From: Acidobacteriota bacterium
GTDB taxonomy: Bacteria; Acidobacteriota; UBA6911
Assembly: GCA_963664705.1 (NCBI GenBank)
Contig: OY761556.1
Coordinates: 1,088,001-1,152,000, forward strand
DNA length: 64,000 nt
Reading direction: 5' to 3'
Below the pieces are notes generated by a model that was given only the letters and a program-made list of their open reading frames with translations, was not told the DNA's origin and ran no database searches. Of the stretch, positions 31,232 through 41,850 are shown piece after piece. Each line of letters opens with the position of its first letter. The stretch's first letter is position 1. Made by a program: the position numbers and the translations under genes.

Positions 31232-32524
31232 CTATGGGTTCGCCGATACGCTGACCGGAATCTGTTTTTCGATTACTACTCCATTTCGCATCAGACGGAT
31301 ATTGGCACTGCTGCCCAATGCTGTCTTTTGATCGATGATCTCGCTAATTCTGGCCATCGCTCCTGACAGATGAACACCGTTTAACTCCAGGAGCACATCG
31401 CCGCGCTGCAGTCCCCCAAGATCGGCGGGACCATTTTTGTATATGCGATTCACTTTCAATCCTTCCTCTACTTCTCCGAGGAGGACTCCCAGGAATTTTG
31501 TCTGTTGGAAGGCTTCGACCGCATTTTTTTTGCTACCCAAAGCCAGGTGGCAAAAGCCGACATTCCTTGTCCACTGCAATCTGGCGGCCGGGCTGGAAGC
31601 ACGATTGAGTCCTTGGAAAGCCAGTTGCAGGGCATCATCATAGTTGCCCGCGAAATAGGCCGCTTCCCATATCCGGGCGGCAATGGACTCGAGATCATCC
31701 AGCGCAGCCAAATCAGAAGCTCGCTGAAACGCCTTTCGCGCCGGATCGTATTGCTCTATTTCCATGTAGCTGTCACCCAATTCAACATAGTTTTCGAACC
31801 GTTCGGCCAGCGCATTGGCTCTCAGGAACGATTGAACCGCATCCGGATAGAAGCCAAACATCTTCAATGACATTCCCAGGTCGCTGAAGGTTTGATAATC
31901 GCGCGGGTTTAAATCGATCACTTGCTGGTATTGCCCCAGGGCTTCATCCTTGCGCCGCAGTTTCATGAGCATGTTGGCCCGGTTGATCTGGTATGTGGCC
32001 CCTGGATGAATCCTGATGGCCGCATCAAAATCGCGCAAGGCCAGGTCGTATCTCTGCAAGCGATAATAGGAAACTCCCCGCTCGTTGTAGGCATCAACGG
32101 CGCGGGGTTCGATGGCAATGGCCTTGTCCAGATCTTTCAACGCGGACTGAAGGTCTCCTTTGCGTCCATAGACGATGCCGCGGTCATAGTAGGTCAGCCA
32201 GATATCGGGCTCAAGGCCAATGGCGGCGGCAAGATCGGATAATGCAGCCTCCAGCGAACCTTTTTGAGCATAGGCCAACGCACGCATCCGGTACGCCGCG
32301 CCGCATTTGGGCTTGTCTTTGAGCAGCTTCGTGCAGGCCGCAATTCCACCCTCGAAATTCTTCGCCGTGACCTGAACGTTGCAGGGCGTCTGCTCAAAAT
32401 CTTTGCCGCAGGTCTTCTTGGAATAGCAATTGTGATTCGGCGTCCATACATAGTCCTTCGAATCCTGAGCTTGAAGCAGTAAAGGGAATAGCAACAGCCC
32501 AAGAATGATCTTTCCGCAATGCAT
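31232..32524 (-). CDS. Secreted TPR-repeat protein with C-terminal PDZ domain
   Basis: Signal peptide; repeated YxxRG...ALxDxxxAI TPRs; FLGV...GPADLGGLQRGDVLLELNG PDZ; GGAGGGAG RBS. Confidence 0.9.
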   Translation of the reverse strand: MHCGKIILGLLLFPLLLQAQDSKDYVWTPNHNCYSKKTCGKDFEQTPCNVQVTAKNFEGGIAACTKLLKDKPKCGAAYRMRALAYAQKGSLEAALSDLAAAIGLEPDIWLTYYDRGIVYGRKGDLQSALKDLDKAIAIEPRAVDAYNERGVSYYRLQRYDLALRDFDAAIRIHPGATYQINRANMLMKLRRKDEALGQYQQVIDLNPRDYQTFSDLGMSLKMFGFYPDAVQSFLRANALAERFENYVELGDSYMEIEQYDPARKAFQRASDLAALDDLESIAARIWEAAYFAGNYDDALQLAFQGLNRASSPAARLQWTRNVGFCHLALGSKKNAVEAFQQTKFLGVLLGEVEEGLKVNRIYKNGPADLGGLQRGDVLLELNGVHLSGAMARISEIIDQKTALGSSANIRLMRNGVVIEKQIPVSVSANP

Positions 32525-32596
32525 CAGGACTCCCTCCCTAAAGCTATCGCTCTCGACAAAACGAGCCATCCCGTTATAGCTGCCTTTCAAGGGGGC

Positions 32597-35500
32597 TCAA
32601 TGAAGTCGCCATTGCCCGTCCTGGACGCCGATGAGAATCACGATCCAGTCGTGCGATTTCTGTTCGTAATTGATCATCATAATGGCATCGGCGGTCGCAT
32701 CACTGGTCACCTTGCCGTCGCGGCTTACGATAGTTCTGCATGTCAGAGCTCCGCCCCACCCCCCGATCATCTTTGCCTGATCGTCCGGGGATAGTACGCT
32801 GTAATGCCCCTCCTTCAATTCGCAAGTTGCATCGCGGCGATCAATCATTCCCGTCTTGTAAGTGAACTGCCATGTGTGCGTGATCGTACGCGGAGTCATT
32901 TCAAGACGGCCCGGAGCCGAACCGGCATTGGATGCTTTCGGCACGAACGAAAACGTAATATTGCTGCCCTCGAGCACAAGCGCTGCACCGGTCTTGCGGA
33001 CCTTGTCTTGCAGCGATGCCTTCATTTCAGCGTCAATGCCGCCGGATAAACTAAATGCCTTCGGCGGGCTTGGCAGCACAGTACGGGGCCCGCAGTTCTT
33101 GACCTGAGTGCATAAATTTTCCACATCAACCAGCATCGCCGCCGATTGAGTATTCCATCGTTGAACCAATGCTCCGACTACTTCACAGTCCGGAAGCTCC
33201 CCGAGTTTGGTTTCACAAAGTGACGCGGCTATATTCACTTCGTCCATGAGCTGATTGGCTTCATCCTTGGATTGCTGCATTGTCTTTTGAACGTCAGCAA
33301 ACCTGTTGGCCAGGCTTTGTTCCAGCGCCGGCAGGGAGGGAGCCTCCGTGGTGCATTCCCCAATGTCCGTGAGCGCCTCCAAGCGAGCCTGAAGGGTTTT
33401 TAGCCTTTCTTCCTGGCCTGGAACGGATCTTGAGGCAATCCCTGCACGGATTGCCTCCAATCTTTCCCGCAGAGCTTTCCGTTCACGATCATAGGATTCT
33501 TTGCTGTTATAGCCCGTTACCGCATAATTGTTGGCCAGATCCGGCACCGCGGTAATATTCGCAATGTCGCTCATCGCGCGAATCGCCATTTCCCAGTATT
33601 GCCGGACATTCTTCCTTCTTGCGTCCAGCGCCGGCTTTATTGCCTTCAGGAGAGCGCATTTGCTGTTGATCTCTATCCCATGCTTCAGAATCCCGGCGAG
33701 ATTGGCTGTCGAACGCTGGCAAATATCCCCTGCCTGCCGGGCTGCTCCGTCCGATTCACACGGATTCTGCCTACTGCGGAGCCACGTGACTCCGATTTCC
33801 AATTGTTTCTGATGTTCTTTGGATTCGTTGAGCAGCACATCCAGTTCCTGCCGGGATTTTGCTCCTGCAGCCGCCAAATCATCAATCTGCTGTTTGACCT
33901 GCTTCGCCTGTATTCTCAATTGGGCGAGATTCCGCTCCATGGCCGCGATGGAATCGTTTAAATCCTGGGACTCTCGAATGGCTTCCTGACATGCTTTGAC
34001 TGTTCTTTGCCTCAGTGCCAGAAGCTGGGCAATTGCATTGGGGATCTGACTTTCCAGATCCGAAAGAGCTGCGACCGGATCCGTTCGACTCGAAGTGGGC
34101 GTTGTTGCCGAGCGTAAACCGCCCGCGGTTCTTTCCAGTTGACTGGAATCGTTTTGGGGTGGCTTTCCAATGTATTTCAGCTTCACTGGAAGGACAATAG
34201 GAAAATTGTTGGGGGGCGTGCTGCCTCGTGCTTCGAAAAACACTTTGGAATATTCATCGACAATTTCGCAGTTCGCATCCGCTGCTTCCCAGTCCTGACT
34301 CTGCGGTACTACCTTGAAGGCATGCGATCCTGCGCTCAGTCCTGCAAATGAGGCAACTGTTCTCGGAGGCGAATCAAGCGGATACATGGAAACTACCGGG
34401 GGAGAGTTGTCTGCCTGCACATTGCAGACCACGGGCACCGCGATTTTCGCGCCGTCCTCTCCGGGTTTTTCCGCACTAATGACAATAACCGCCGATCCGC
34501 TTACCTTCGGAATTGGGGCGATGGCATAGCCAATGACCGGTACAGGTTCCGAGGTCCCGATCACGGCGCCTGCGGCATCCAGGGCACTTGCTCTGGCCTG
34601 AAGGGAAAGAGTCAGGATGGTGTACTTGGGGCGGCCTTGCGGGTCTTTCTCCTCCAATTTTGCCTTTTCCTTTTCTGTCGGAACGAAGCCGGCTGGAGGG
34701 CCGGTTTTGACGCTTTCCGCTTTCAGCCAATAGTCATGAGTCCAGGGTTGTGGATGATCGGCACGGTTGGCCTCTACCACAATATCTACGGGGATGCTGG
34801 AGCTTTGATCACTTGTATCGATCATCGGCTCGGCAGAAGGGGGGCGTTCCGTCGAGTCCTGCGGATCGTTCGCAGCGCTGTCGACGTAGCCGCTGAAATC
34901 TATGTACCAGGTCGGTGCTTTAAGTCTGACCCGGCCTGGGCTGGCCAATGATTGGCTCAGCTGTTGATTTGCCCAGGATTCAAAACCGGCCTGGATTCGA
35001 TCAAGAACCCGATCTTTGGACAAAAGCAGTTGCATCTCCAGTACATTCCATTGCTGAGCCTTCTCGGCGATCCTTTTCTGGATATCATCCTTAAGGAATT
35101 CCACGCGTGCATCTTCTATTTCATAAGCTTTGTAAAGGCCGATCAGGCGCTGGCGCATCGAAGCCAGGAGTTGATCGCGTCGAGAGGTCCCGCCGAACAA
35201 TCCCTCAAACTCGGCCTTATAGCCATCAGGCTGAGAATCGAACCACTTCCGTACCTCGCTGTTGAAGATTTGCTGAAGAACTTCGTCTTCATTTGAGTAA
35301 TCGGGATTGACCTGTGCTGCTACCAACGGTTGAAAGCAGTCGTAGATTTTGGCGATTCTTTGATAGTAAGGCAGATCAAAGCTGTATTTTTTCTCGAGCT
35401 GTTCCTTCCGTGCATCCCAATTTTTCGAAACGGGTGTCAATCCTTCGGACATCAACTGTTTCCAGATTGTGGGAGCGAACATGCGCGGTCCTTTTTTCGT

Positions 35501-38500
35501 CAACTCCGAAAATGCGGAGTTTTCGTCTTCGGCTCTCATGCACGAATGACCCCAGAATATTGGGAAGCCGGGAGTGTCGGCCTTTACAATCGGATTATCG
35601 GCGGAAGGATTTCTCAGGGCGCGCACCGAAACAGACCCGGGATCTGGACGTGAACGGAACGCTTGTTCAATCAGGTCGTCATCAATCTTTTCCATCATCC
35701 AGTGATAGCCGAGTGATGGGACGCCGGTTGACAGGTCGTAAACCAGCAGAAGTTCTCCCACATAAGGGGTTCCCAGCCGGGAACTTGCCCACTCGGAGGC
35801 GTATCGCAGCAGACCGAGCATGCCGATAGAGACGATTCCGCGTTTGATTTCACCGCGGCTGAAATCTTTGATTGCAATACCGACGATCCCATACGAAGTG
35901 GGAAGGTAGAAAAGCGATTCGGTGATAATCGCTTCGCTTATGATGGCACGGTTCCCGGTCCTGTAGGCATTCACAATATTGAGTGCGCTGTTGGCAAGCA
36001 TCAGCGGACTCATGAGATTGTTCCAGGTTGCCGCGCCAAAATCCTTTGGGGGTAACTGGAAATCGCGATCCATCATGTCCACGATCCCCCGGATGGCACT
36101 CGCATAGGCCGGTTCGCGAAAGGATGCCCCCTCCCGGATATGTTCCTTCAGCTTTTGCCAATCCTGCGGATTGCGGAGGCGACGCTCGGCTTCCTGGCCG
36201 CTGACTTCCGTTAAGCGCTCGACCCTTTGACGCTTTTGGTTCAGGGCCTCTTCCCGCACCGCGTTTTCCGAATTTCCAGTGCCGCCCGAAGACGCAGGCT
36301 GAGGAGGACGCGATTCGTATTCGGAGAGGAAATTGTCGAGTTCGGCGCTGGTAAGCTCCGAAAGCTTCTGAACCTCTGCCTTCAAGGCCTGCGGCGTTTC
36401 CTTGAGGATTTGTTCTGTGAGTTCCTTGCTTACCACGGGGTTTTCGATTTTTTTGACAATCTCAAACATTGTGGCGATTTCGACACGAATCTTTTCCGCT
36501 TGTTTACGGGCGGCAGTTACATTGGGTCCCCGGTTCACACTCCCGTCGGCATTTACCATATAGCGATAGGCATTGTGTTTAAGCCCTGCGACGGAGAAAT
36601 CACGAATAGCCTCGATGTACTTGGATACCAGGAGTTGACCGACCGTATCCCGAAGCCGGCGCGTATGGATCTTCCATGCTTCAGAGTAAACAGCATCGAG
36701 ATATGGCCCCACTGGTGCGGAAGTTTCGATAAGCTCGGGATGCGACCTTTGTACAATGGAAACCGCTTCGTCGAAGTAGGGTTGTAGAAAAACAGAGCGG
36801 CCGCGGTCGGGATGCTCCCAATCCAGAAGGTTGTTGGCTTTGGCGTATTCAATACGATTGCTGATCTCAATATTCTGGTAGAGATTCCGAAAAGCCTCAT
36901 TGGACATCCGAATGTCCAGCCGGAAAGCGCGAATCATCCAGCGCGCTTTCATCAGCTGCATTTTTCCGCCGATGATTATTTTATATTCATCTTTTCTTAA
37001 GATGCTTGCGCGTGCTTCCTGATCGGCCTTGCCTAGTCCCTCCAGCATGAATGCATCTCGAATGATACTGTTGGATGGGCCGATCGGGTCAACGGTTGTC
37101 GTGGGCTGATCATTGGGAAGCCCGCAGGCATGGATATCCCGATAGGAATTCACCAGACCGGCGCCGGCTCCCTCATTGATTGCGCGGTTGAAGTATTTGG
37201 AAAAGGCTGCGCGATCATCGGCATGGTCGATCATTTGGCGCAGATTCTGGGTTACAACTCCGAAAGCATTGCTGCGATCATAGGCGGGCACGATTCCCTC
37301 AAACTGCATAGCATTGGTTCTCCACCTGCCGTTGGGATCGAGTTCGCCTATCCGGTATTCAATCGGGGCGGGTTTTTGTAATTGAGCTGAGGCCGGGATG
37401 GATCCCTCCTCGCCAGGCACGGACCTGGTTCTCAAAACCTGAACACGGGGATCGAGCGAGGTAGCGCGTCCATCTCGGAATCCTCTTTTCTGAACGGTTT
37501 CGAGATTCGCGCCGGGCACATAGTAGGCATCTCCTCCGGAGGTAACCTTCAGACGCATCTGTTTGACGGCGCCCCGGAGGGAACTTCGGTATTCCTCGAA
37601 AGTCTGAGCCGCATTGCGAACTCCCGGGAGGAAGACATCACCATCATGCGTTGTAATGTCTATATTGGCCGGCTGATACTTGAATCGCGTTTCAAAGCGC
37701 AGATTGAAATCTGCGATGAGTTGAGCCAGGGTGATTGATCCGCGCGCAGCCGGATCCGCATAAACCGTAACATCGATATCACTGCGATAAGCACTTCTGC
37801 TTCCGGAATCGATCAGTTCAATATGCACCTGGTGATCAAGCGCAATCTCCGCCCAGACATCAACGACCATCTTCCATCTCATTTCCGCAAGGAGCGCGCT
37901 TTGCTGGCGGAACTCACTTTTTGAACAAACCTTTTTCCAGGCCCGCGCCGTTTCAACCGATCCTTCCGGAGGAGCGAACTCCTGGTTGACAAAAAAATCC
38001 CAACGCTTCTCCCGAATATCGGTCTGAAGTTGTTCCAGTTTGGTGTTCCGCAACAAAGCTTCGATGCGTTTTTCCAGCACTGGATTGGTCGGGCCAGGGG
38101 GCTGCGGCAGTGCGGCACTTTCTGGTCTTGGTTCCTCTCCCATTTCAGCAAAGGCGAGAGTCTCCTGTCGTGCAGGTTGCGAGGATATGGATTGAGCCGG
38201 TCGGGGCTGACTGGAGAAGAAACTGCCCGTCTTCCACTCGCCTGAAACCTGGCTGCCGCGTCCCGAATTTGCGGCGGATTCCGCTGCCGGCAGCCCTGGA
38301 GGTTTTTCGGCGACCAGCCCTTTGCCCGCTCTCCAATCGAAAAAACCACGCGAATTTCGGCCGACGCGGACTTCAGCCCCGTGAAAGCCCTTCGCTTCGT
38401 TCAGGGAGCAGAGTTTTGTTTTGATATATTCGGCAAGATAAGCCCCCTCCCATCGTCGTTTCAAAACGGGATCCTGAATCGTATCCAACCGGAATACGAT

Positions 38501-38788
38501 ATCGTTCTTGCCGTTTTTGCGGATTACATCTCCTGCGACATAGCCTAGACGGCCGGGATCGGCTCCGACCCCCAAAGCCATCTCATCATGAAAGTTAAGA
38601 CTGTCCCGGATGAGGATCTGCCCGGTTCTTGGATTGATGACGAATTTCCAATATTGGACCGACGCAGGAGCATCGGAATCCTGCCCGGATGTGACGTTTC
38701 CGGGAGCAGAGCCCAGGATGAGAAGAACTGAAAGCACGACGGTAATTACTTTCCGCCCCATGAAAAAGTCTTCATTCCGGAATGTCAT
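32597..38788 (-). CDS. Giant (2063 aa) secreted hypothetical protein with nucleotidyltransferase-like motif, hydrophobic helices and coiled coil
   Basis: 6.2-kb open frame; GGAGGAG RBS; N-terminal signal-like helix; IDSGSRSAYRSDIDVTVY motif. Confidence 0.8.
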   Translation of the reverse strand: MTFRNEDFFMGRKVITVVLSVLLILGSAPGNVTSGQDSDAPASVQYWKFVINPRTGQILIRDSLNFHDEMALGVGADPGRLGYVAGDVIRKNGKNDIVFRLDTIQDPVLKRRWEGAYLAEYIKTKLCSLNEAKGFHGAEVRVGRNSRGFFDWRAGKGLVAEKPPGLPAAESAANSGRGSQVSGEWKTGSFFSSQPRPAQSISSQPARQETLAFAEMGEEPRPESAALPQPPGPTNPVLEKRIEALLRNTKLEQLQTDIREKRWDFFVNQEFAPPEGSVETARAWKKVCSKSEFRQQSALLAEMRWKMVVDVWAEIALDHQVHIELIDSGSRSAYRSDIDVTVYADPAARGSITLAQLIADFNLRFETRFKYQPANIDITTHDGDVFLPGVRNAAQTFEEYRSSLRGAVKQMRLKVTSGGDAYYVPGANLETVQKRGFRDGRATSLDPRVQVLRTRSVPGEEGSIPASAQLQKPAPIEYRIGELDPNGRWRTNAMQFEGIVPAYDRSNAFGVVTQNLRQMIDHADDRAAFSKYFNRAINEGAGAGLVNSYRDIHACGLPNDQPTTTVDPIGPSNSIIRDAFMLEGLGKADQEARASILRKDEYKIIIGGKMQLMKARWMIRAFRLDIRMSNEAFRNLYQNIEISNRIEYAKANNLLDWEHPDRGRSVFLQPYFDEAVSIVQRSHPELIETSAPVGPYLDAVYSEAWKIHTRRLRDTVGQLLVSKYIEAIRDFSVAGLKHNAYRYMVNADGSVNRGPNVTAARKQAEKIRVEIATMFEIVKKIENPVVSKELTEQILKETPQALKAEVQKLSELTSAELDNFLSEYESRPPQPASSGGTGNSENAVREEALNQKRQRVERLTEVSGQEAERRLRNPQDWQKLKEHIREGASFREPAYASAIRGIVDMMDRDFQLPPKDFGAATWNNLMSPLMLANSALNIVNAYRTGNRAIISEAIITESLFYLPTSYGIVGIAIKDFSRGEIKRGIVSIGMLGLLRYASEWASSRLGTPYVGELLLVYDLSTGVPSLGYHWMMEKIDDDLIEQAFRSRPDPGSVSVRALRNPSADNPIVKADTPGFPIFWGHSCMRAEDENSAFSELTKKGPRMFAPTIWKQLMSEGLTPVSKNWDARKEQLEKKYSFDLPYYQRIAKIYDCFQPLVAAQVNPDYSNEDEVLQQIFNSEVRKWFDSQPDGYKAEFEGLFGGTSRRDQLLASMRQRLIGLYKAYEIEDARVEFLKDDIQKRIAEKAQQWNVLEMQLLLSKDRVLDRIQAGFESWANQQLSQSLASPGRVRLKAPTWYIDFSGYVDSAANDPQDSTERPPSAEPMIDTSDQSSSIPVDIVVEANRADHPQPWTHDYWLKAESVKTGPPAGFVPTEKEKAKLEEKDPQGRPKYTILTLSLQARASALDAAGAVIGTSEPVPVIGYAIAPIPKVSGSAVIVISAEKPGEDGAKIAVPVVCNVQADNSPPVVSMYPLDSPPRTVASFAGLSAGSHAFKVVPQSQDWEAADANCEIVDEYSKVFFEARGSTPPNNFPIVLPVKLKYIGKPPQNDSSQLERTAGGLRSATTPTSSRTDPVAALSDLESQIPNAIAQLLALRQRTVKACQEAIRESQDLNDSIAAMERNLAQLRIQAKQVKQQIDDLAAAGAKSRQELDVLLNESKEHQKQLEIGVTWLRSRQNPCESDGAARQAGDICQRSTANLAGILKHGIEINSKCALLKAIKPALDARRKNVRQYWEMAIRAMSDIANITAVPDLANNYAVTGYNSKESYDRERKALRERLEAIRAGIASRSVPGQEERLKTLQARLEALTDIGECTTEAPSLPALEQSLANRFADVQKTMQQSKDEANQLMDEVNIAASLCETKLGELPDCEVVGALVQRWNTQSAAMLVDVENLCTQVKNCGPRTVLPSPPKAFSLSGGIDAEMKASLQDKVRKTGAALVLEGSNITFSFVPKASNAGSAPGRLEMTPRTITHTWQFTYKTGMIDRRDATCELKEGHYSVLSPDDQAKMIGGWGGALTCRTIVSRDGKVTSDATADAIMMINYEQKSHDWIVILIGVQDGQWRLH

Positions 38789-39036
38789 GGATCTCCTCCG
38801 GTCACCGAATGCTTATTTCTGGCGGGAGGCACTATCCAGGCACGGCGGATATGCGAAGTAGCTGGCATTCCGACGTTTTCTGGTTTCAGATGCCATGCCA
38901 ACAACGAACGGTGATGAGACTACTCGAATGCTTCCTGGAACTTTTGGAGCGTATTTTACTACGGAACACAGGCGTGGGAATAGGAATTCGCAAAAAGCAG
39001 GTCGGTTGCTTTACAATTCGACAGCCCGGGCGGAGC

Positions 39037-40239
39037 TCAATCCTTCTTTTTTCGGACTTTGAGGGCTTTCAGATCTCCTGTGGGACATACTACCTCGCAG
39101 GCGCCGCAGCCATTACATTTTGCAGGATCAACGCCTGGAAAGGATTCATAGGCTTCTTCATTCCATTGAACCTTAATAGCATCATAGGGGCAGAGTCGTA
39201 AACAGGCATGACACTCGCTGATACCCCATAGGCACAGAGACGTGTCTACGCTGGCCTTTCCTATGACATACCTGTTTTTCTGCTCCAGGTTTAATTTTTG
39301 TAAAGCTCCGCTGGGGCATACCGTTGTACAGGCATTGCATTCTTTTTTGCAGTAATCTGTCTTATACCGGACGACCGGTGATAGAAACCCAAGCGCCCCG
39401 GATTGTCCCTTATCCGGATGAATGATCCTGGATGGGCAAGCGCGTATGCAATTGCCGCATCGCAGGCAAAGCCCCGTAAACTTGTCCTCTCCAATCGCGC
39501 CCGGAGGCCGCAAGGGAGCCGTAGCAGATCGTGTCTGACCGATTTTTTGCGCCACCAGGCTGAATCCCAGGCCCGCTGCAACGGAAAGGAACATTCTCCT
39601 TGGCGCCCAAAAAGAATTTCCAGGCGCAGCTTTTTCGCGGGATTCTGTTCTGTTTGCCTTGCGGAAATCAGTAATGGTAGTTCCGATATTTCCCAGGATG
39701 TCTTGCGTAGCACCCAAAGGACAAATACGGGCGCACCAGAAGTCACCCGAAGTTACTGCCAACAAAAGAAGCACAACTATGCCGGCCAGCGCGACTGTCG
39801 CAGACAGTGCATCCGTTGCTTTGTAGACCGAAAACGCACTGTTCAGGCATGCCAATGGGTCCATCCACATAAAGAGCGGATAACCGAGGATCGCACCGGC
39901 GGCCGTTAGCAAAACGATGTATCTGCCTAAAGGAGAGAAGCGCTTCCACCAGATTCTGCCTGGTAATTTCACCCTGGAAGCATTATCAAGGAGCAGTCCG
40001 ACCGGGCATATATAGCGGCAGAACCACCTTTTTCGTGCCAGCGATGCAGCGGCAAACACCAAGCCCAGGATTGATCCCACGCCGAGGGTTCCACGCGCCA
40101 GCAAAGTGCATATTGTGATAAATGGGCTTGACTGAACAAATATCCTGGAGCCATGGATCCAGAATGGAAACGGCAATAACAAAAGAGTTGCCAGCAAAAA
40201 GCAACCCAGCCTTACATACAGGCGCCCTCTAGGTGTCAT
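39037..40239 (-). CDS. Membrane-bound polyferredoxin (NapH/MauN-like membrane part fused to NapG/MauM-like 4Fe-4S part)
   Basis: FCRYICPVG and WCARICPLG motifs with TM helices; LRPPGA followed by four CxxCxxCxxxCP-type motifs. Confidence 0.88.
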   Translation of the reverse strand: MTPRGRLYVRLGCFLLATLLLLPFPFWIHGSRIFVQSSPFITICTLLARGTLGVGSILGLVFAAASLARKRWFCRYICPVGLLLDNASRVKLPGRIWWKRFSPLGRYIVLLTAAGAILGYPLFMWMDPLACLNSAFSVYKATDALSATVALAGIVVLLLLAVTSGDFWCARICPLGATQDILGNIGTTITDFRKANRTESREKAAPGNSFWAPRRMFLSVAAGLGFSLVAQKIGQTRSATAPLRPPGAIGEDKFTGLCLRCGNCIRACPSRIIHPDKGQSGALGFLSPVVRYKTDYCKKECNACTTVCPSGALQKLNLEQKNRYVIGKASVDTSLCLWGISECHACLRLCPYDAIKVQWNEEAYESFPGVDPAKCNGCGACEVVCPTGDLKALKVRKKKD

Positions 40240-40368
40240 TCAGTAAAAACCTCTCCACTCCACCCGAGCTTTTATTTCAGTCCTTCCGCTCATGGTGGAG
40301 TGGTTTATTTCTTGTATCTGTAATGCTTCTCCAATTGCGTTCTTCAAAGGCGAATGCCGGTGGACAGA

Positions 40369-41850
40369 CTAACCGGGCAGGACTACCCCCTGTTTTTTAA
40401 GGCTGGCCTGTAAAGCCTTTGTGTCAACCTTTCGGAGATCGCCGCCGCTGCTTATGGCTTGGGCTGCTGCAGTTCCAGCCGCCTGCCCAAGGCTGACACA
40501 GTGGTGTATCAAGTTGAAGGTGTCATTGACCACGGCATCGGATGAAAATGCCCGGCAGGCAATGAGCATGTTGTTTACATTGCGCGGGATCAGACAGCGA
40601 TAGGGCATATACATCAGGGGGTTCTTTTCATCCATGCTATTAGGGAATATGGCAATGGTGTCCTTAAAAGGATCCTTTGATTTCATGTCCTTTTCAGTGA
40701 CAACGTAGTCTCCAACAACCCGCCTGCCCCCGCGAGTGCCAAGCTGCGAATTGGACAGGACTATGAAGCTCTTTTCAAAACCGGGAATATTTTTCACATA
40801 GAAATCGTGGGTTATCATCATCTCTTTACGGCCCAAAAATTCTACCCGCGTAAGCTCCTCGACATCGTACTGAGATTTATTTGCATATCGGGGGAAGCAC
40901 CAGACCACATTTTCCTGGTTTCTCAGGTTGCTGGTCAGAAATCCGGGCGTACCGCCAAGTTTTCTGACTTCGCGCATCTTTTCGGTCAGTTCATTGGCGT
41001 TGGTTTTTTTGTAATCCTGGTATTTTTTCAGATTAACGTTATCGATCCAGTATGAAAAGGAGAGGTTTGACATCCTCAGGGTTTTATCGATCTGAGTCTC
41101 AAACGCTGCCCCGGTATAGGGCAACAGGTCTCCATCGCCGGTGGAGTCAATGACAATCTTGGCCAGCACAGCCTGTCTGCCTGATTTGCTCTCAAAGATT
41201 ACGCCTTTGGCCTTATTCCCCTCCATTATGGGTTCGGTCCCCCATGAATGGAGATAGGTCTTAACATTTGCCTCCTTCATCATGTCCTGGAACAGACACT
41301 TTGATACCTCCGCATCGATGTGCGCAGAATAGGCGACTCTGTTGCCTGAGGCATAAAAAGGGGACCGGCTTTTATAATAATCAACAAGCTTTTTATCGGT
41401 TGAGCCCCAATGCTCCTTCTTCGGGTAATCAGTCGCTCCCCGGGCATCCAACCTCTTTATCCACTCCTGAGTAATTCCGGCTATCACTTGTTTGCCGTTC
41501 ATATCGATCATGTCGGGGATGATGGTGACCAGTCCGCCCGTGCCCATACCACCAAGGTGCTCATATCTTTCAATAAGAACTGTATCCGCGCCGCTCCTGG
41601 CCGCGGCCAGGGCCGCGCCGATACCGCCGGGGCCGCCGCCCACAACTACAACATCCGCGGTGCGGCACACTTTTGTCTCACGGGCAGCCTCCCGGATTGT
41701 CTTGCCGGATATCTGCGTCGACTTGGCGGATTGGGCAACCCCCGGAATCGCCGCACCTCCCACGCCAATAGCAAAAGCGGCGGTACCAGCTGTATTCTTG
41801 ACGAATTCTCTCCGGGTTATCCCGTTGGCAATTTCCTTGAGTGATTTCAT
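40369..41850 (-). CDS. Tat-exported FAD-dependent oxidoreductase (FAD_oxidored type)
   Basis: TRREFVK twin-arginine signal; VVGGGPGG, LGGMGTGG, IDSTGDGD, PYRCLIP. Confidence 0.9.
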   Translation of the reverse strand: MKSLKEIANGITRREFVKNTAGTAAFAIGVGGAAIPGVAQSAKSTQISGKTIREAARETKVCRTADVVVVGGGPGGIGAALAAARSGADTVLIERYEHLGGMGTGGLVTIIPDMIDMNGKQVIAGITQEWIKRLDARGATDYPKKEHWGSTDKKLVDYYKSRSPFYASGNRVAYSAHIDAEVSKCLFQDMMKEANVKTYLHSWGTEPIMEGNKAKGVIFESKSGRQAVLAKIVIDSTGDGDLLPYTGAAFETQIDKTLRMSNLSFSYWIDNVNLKKYQDYKKTNANELTEKMREVRKLGGTPGFLTSNLRNQENVVWCFPRYANKSQYDVEELTRVEFLGRKEMMITHDFYVKNIPGFEKSFIVLSNSQLGTRGGRRVVGDYVVTEKDMKSKDPFKDTIAIFPNSMDEKNPLMYMPYRCLIPRNVNNMLIACRAFSSDAVVNDTFNLIHHCVSLGQAAGTAAAQAISSGGDLRKVDTKALQASLKKQGVVLPG

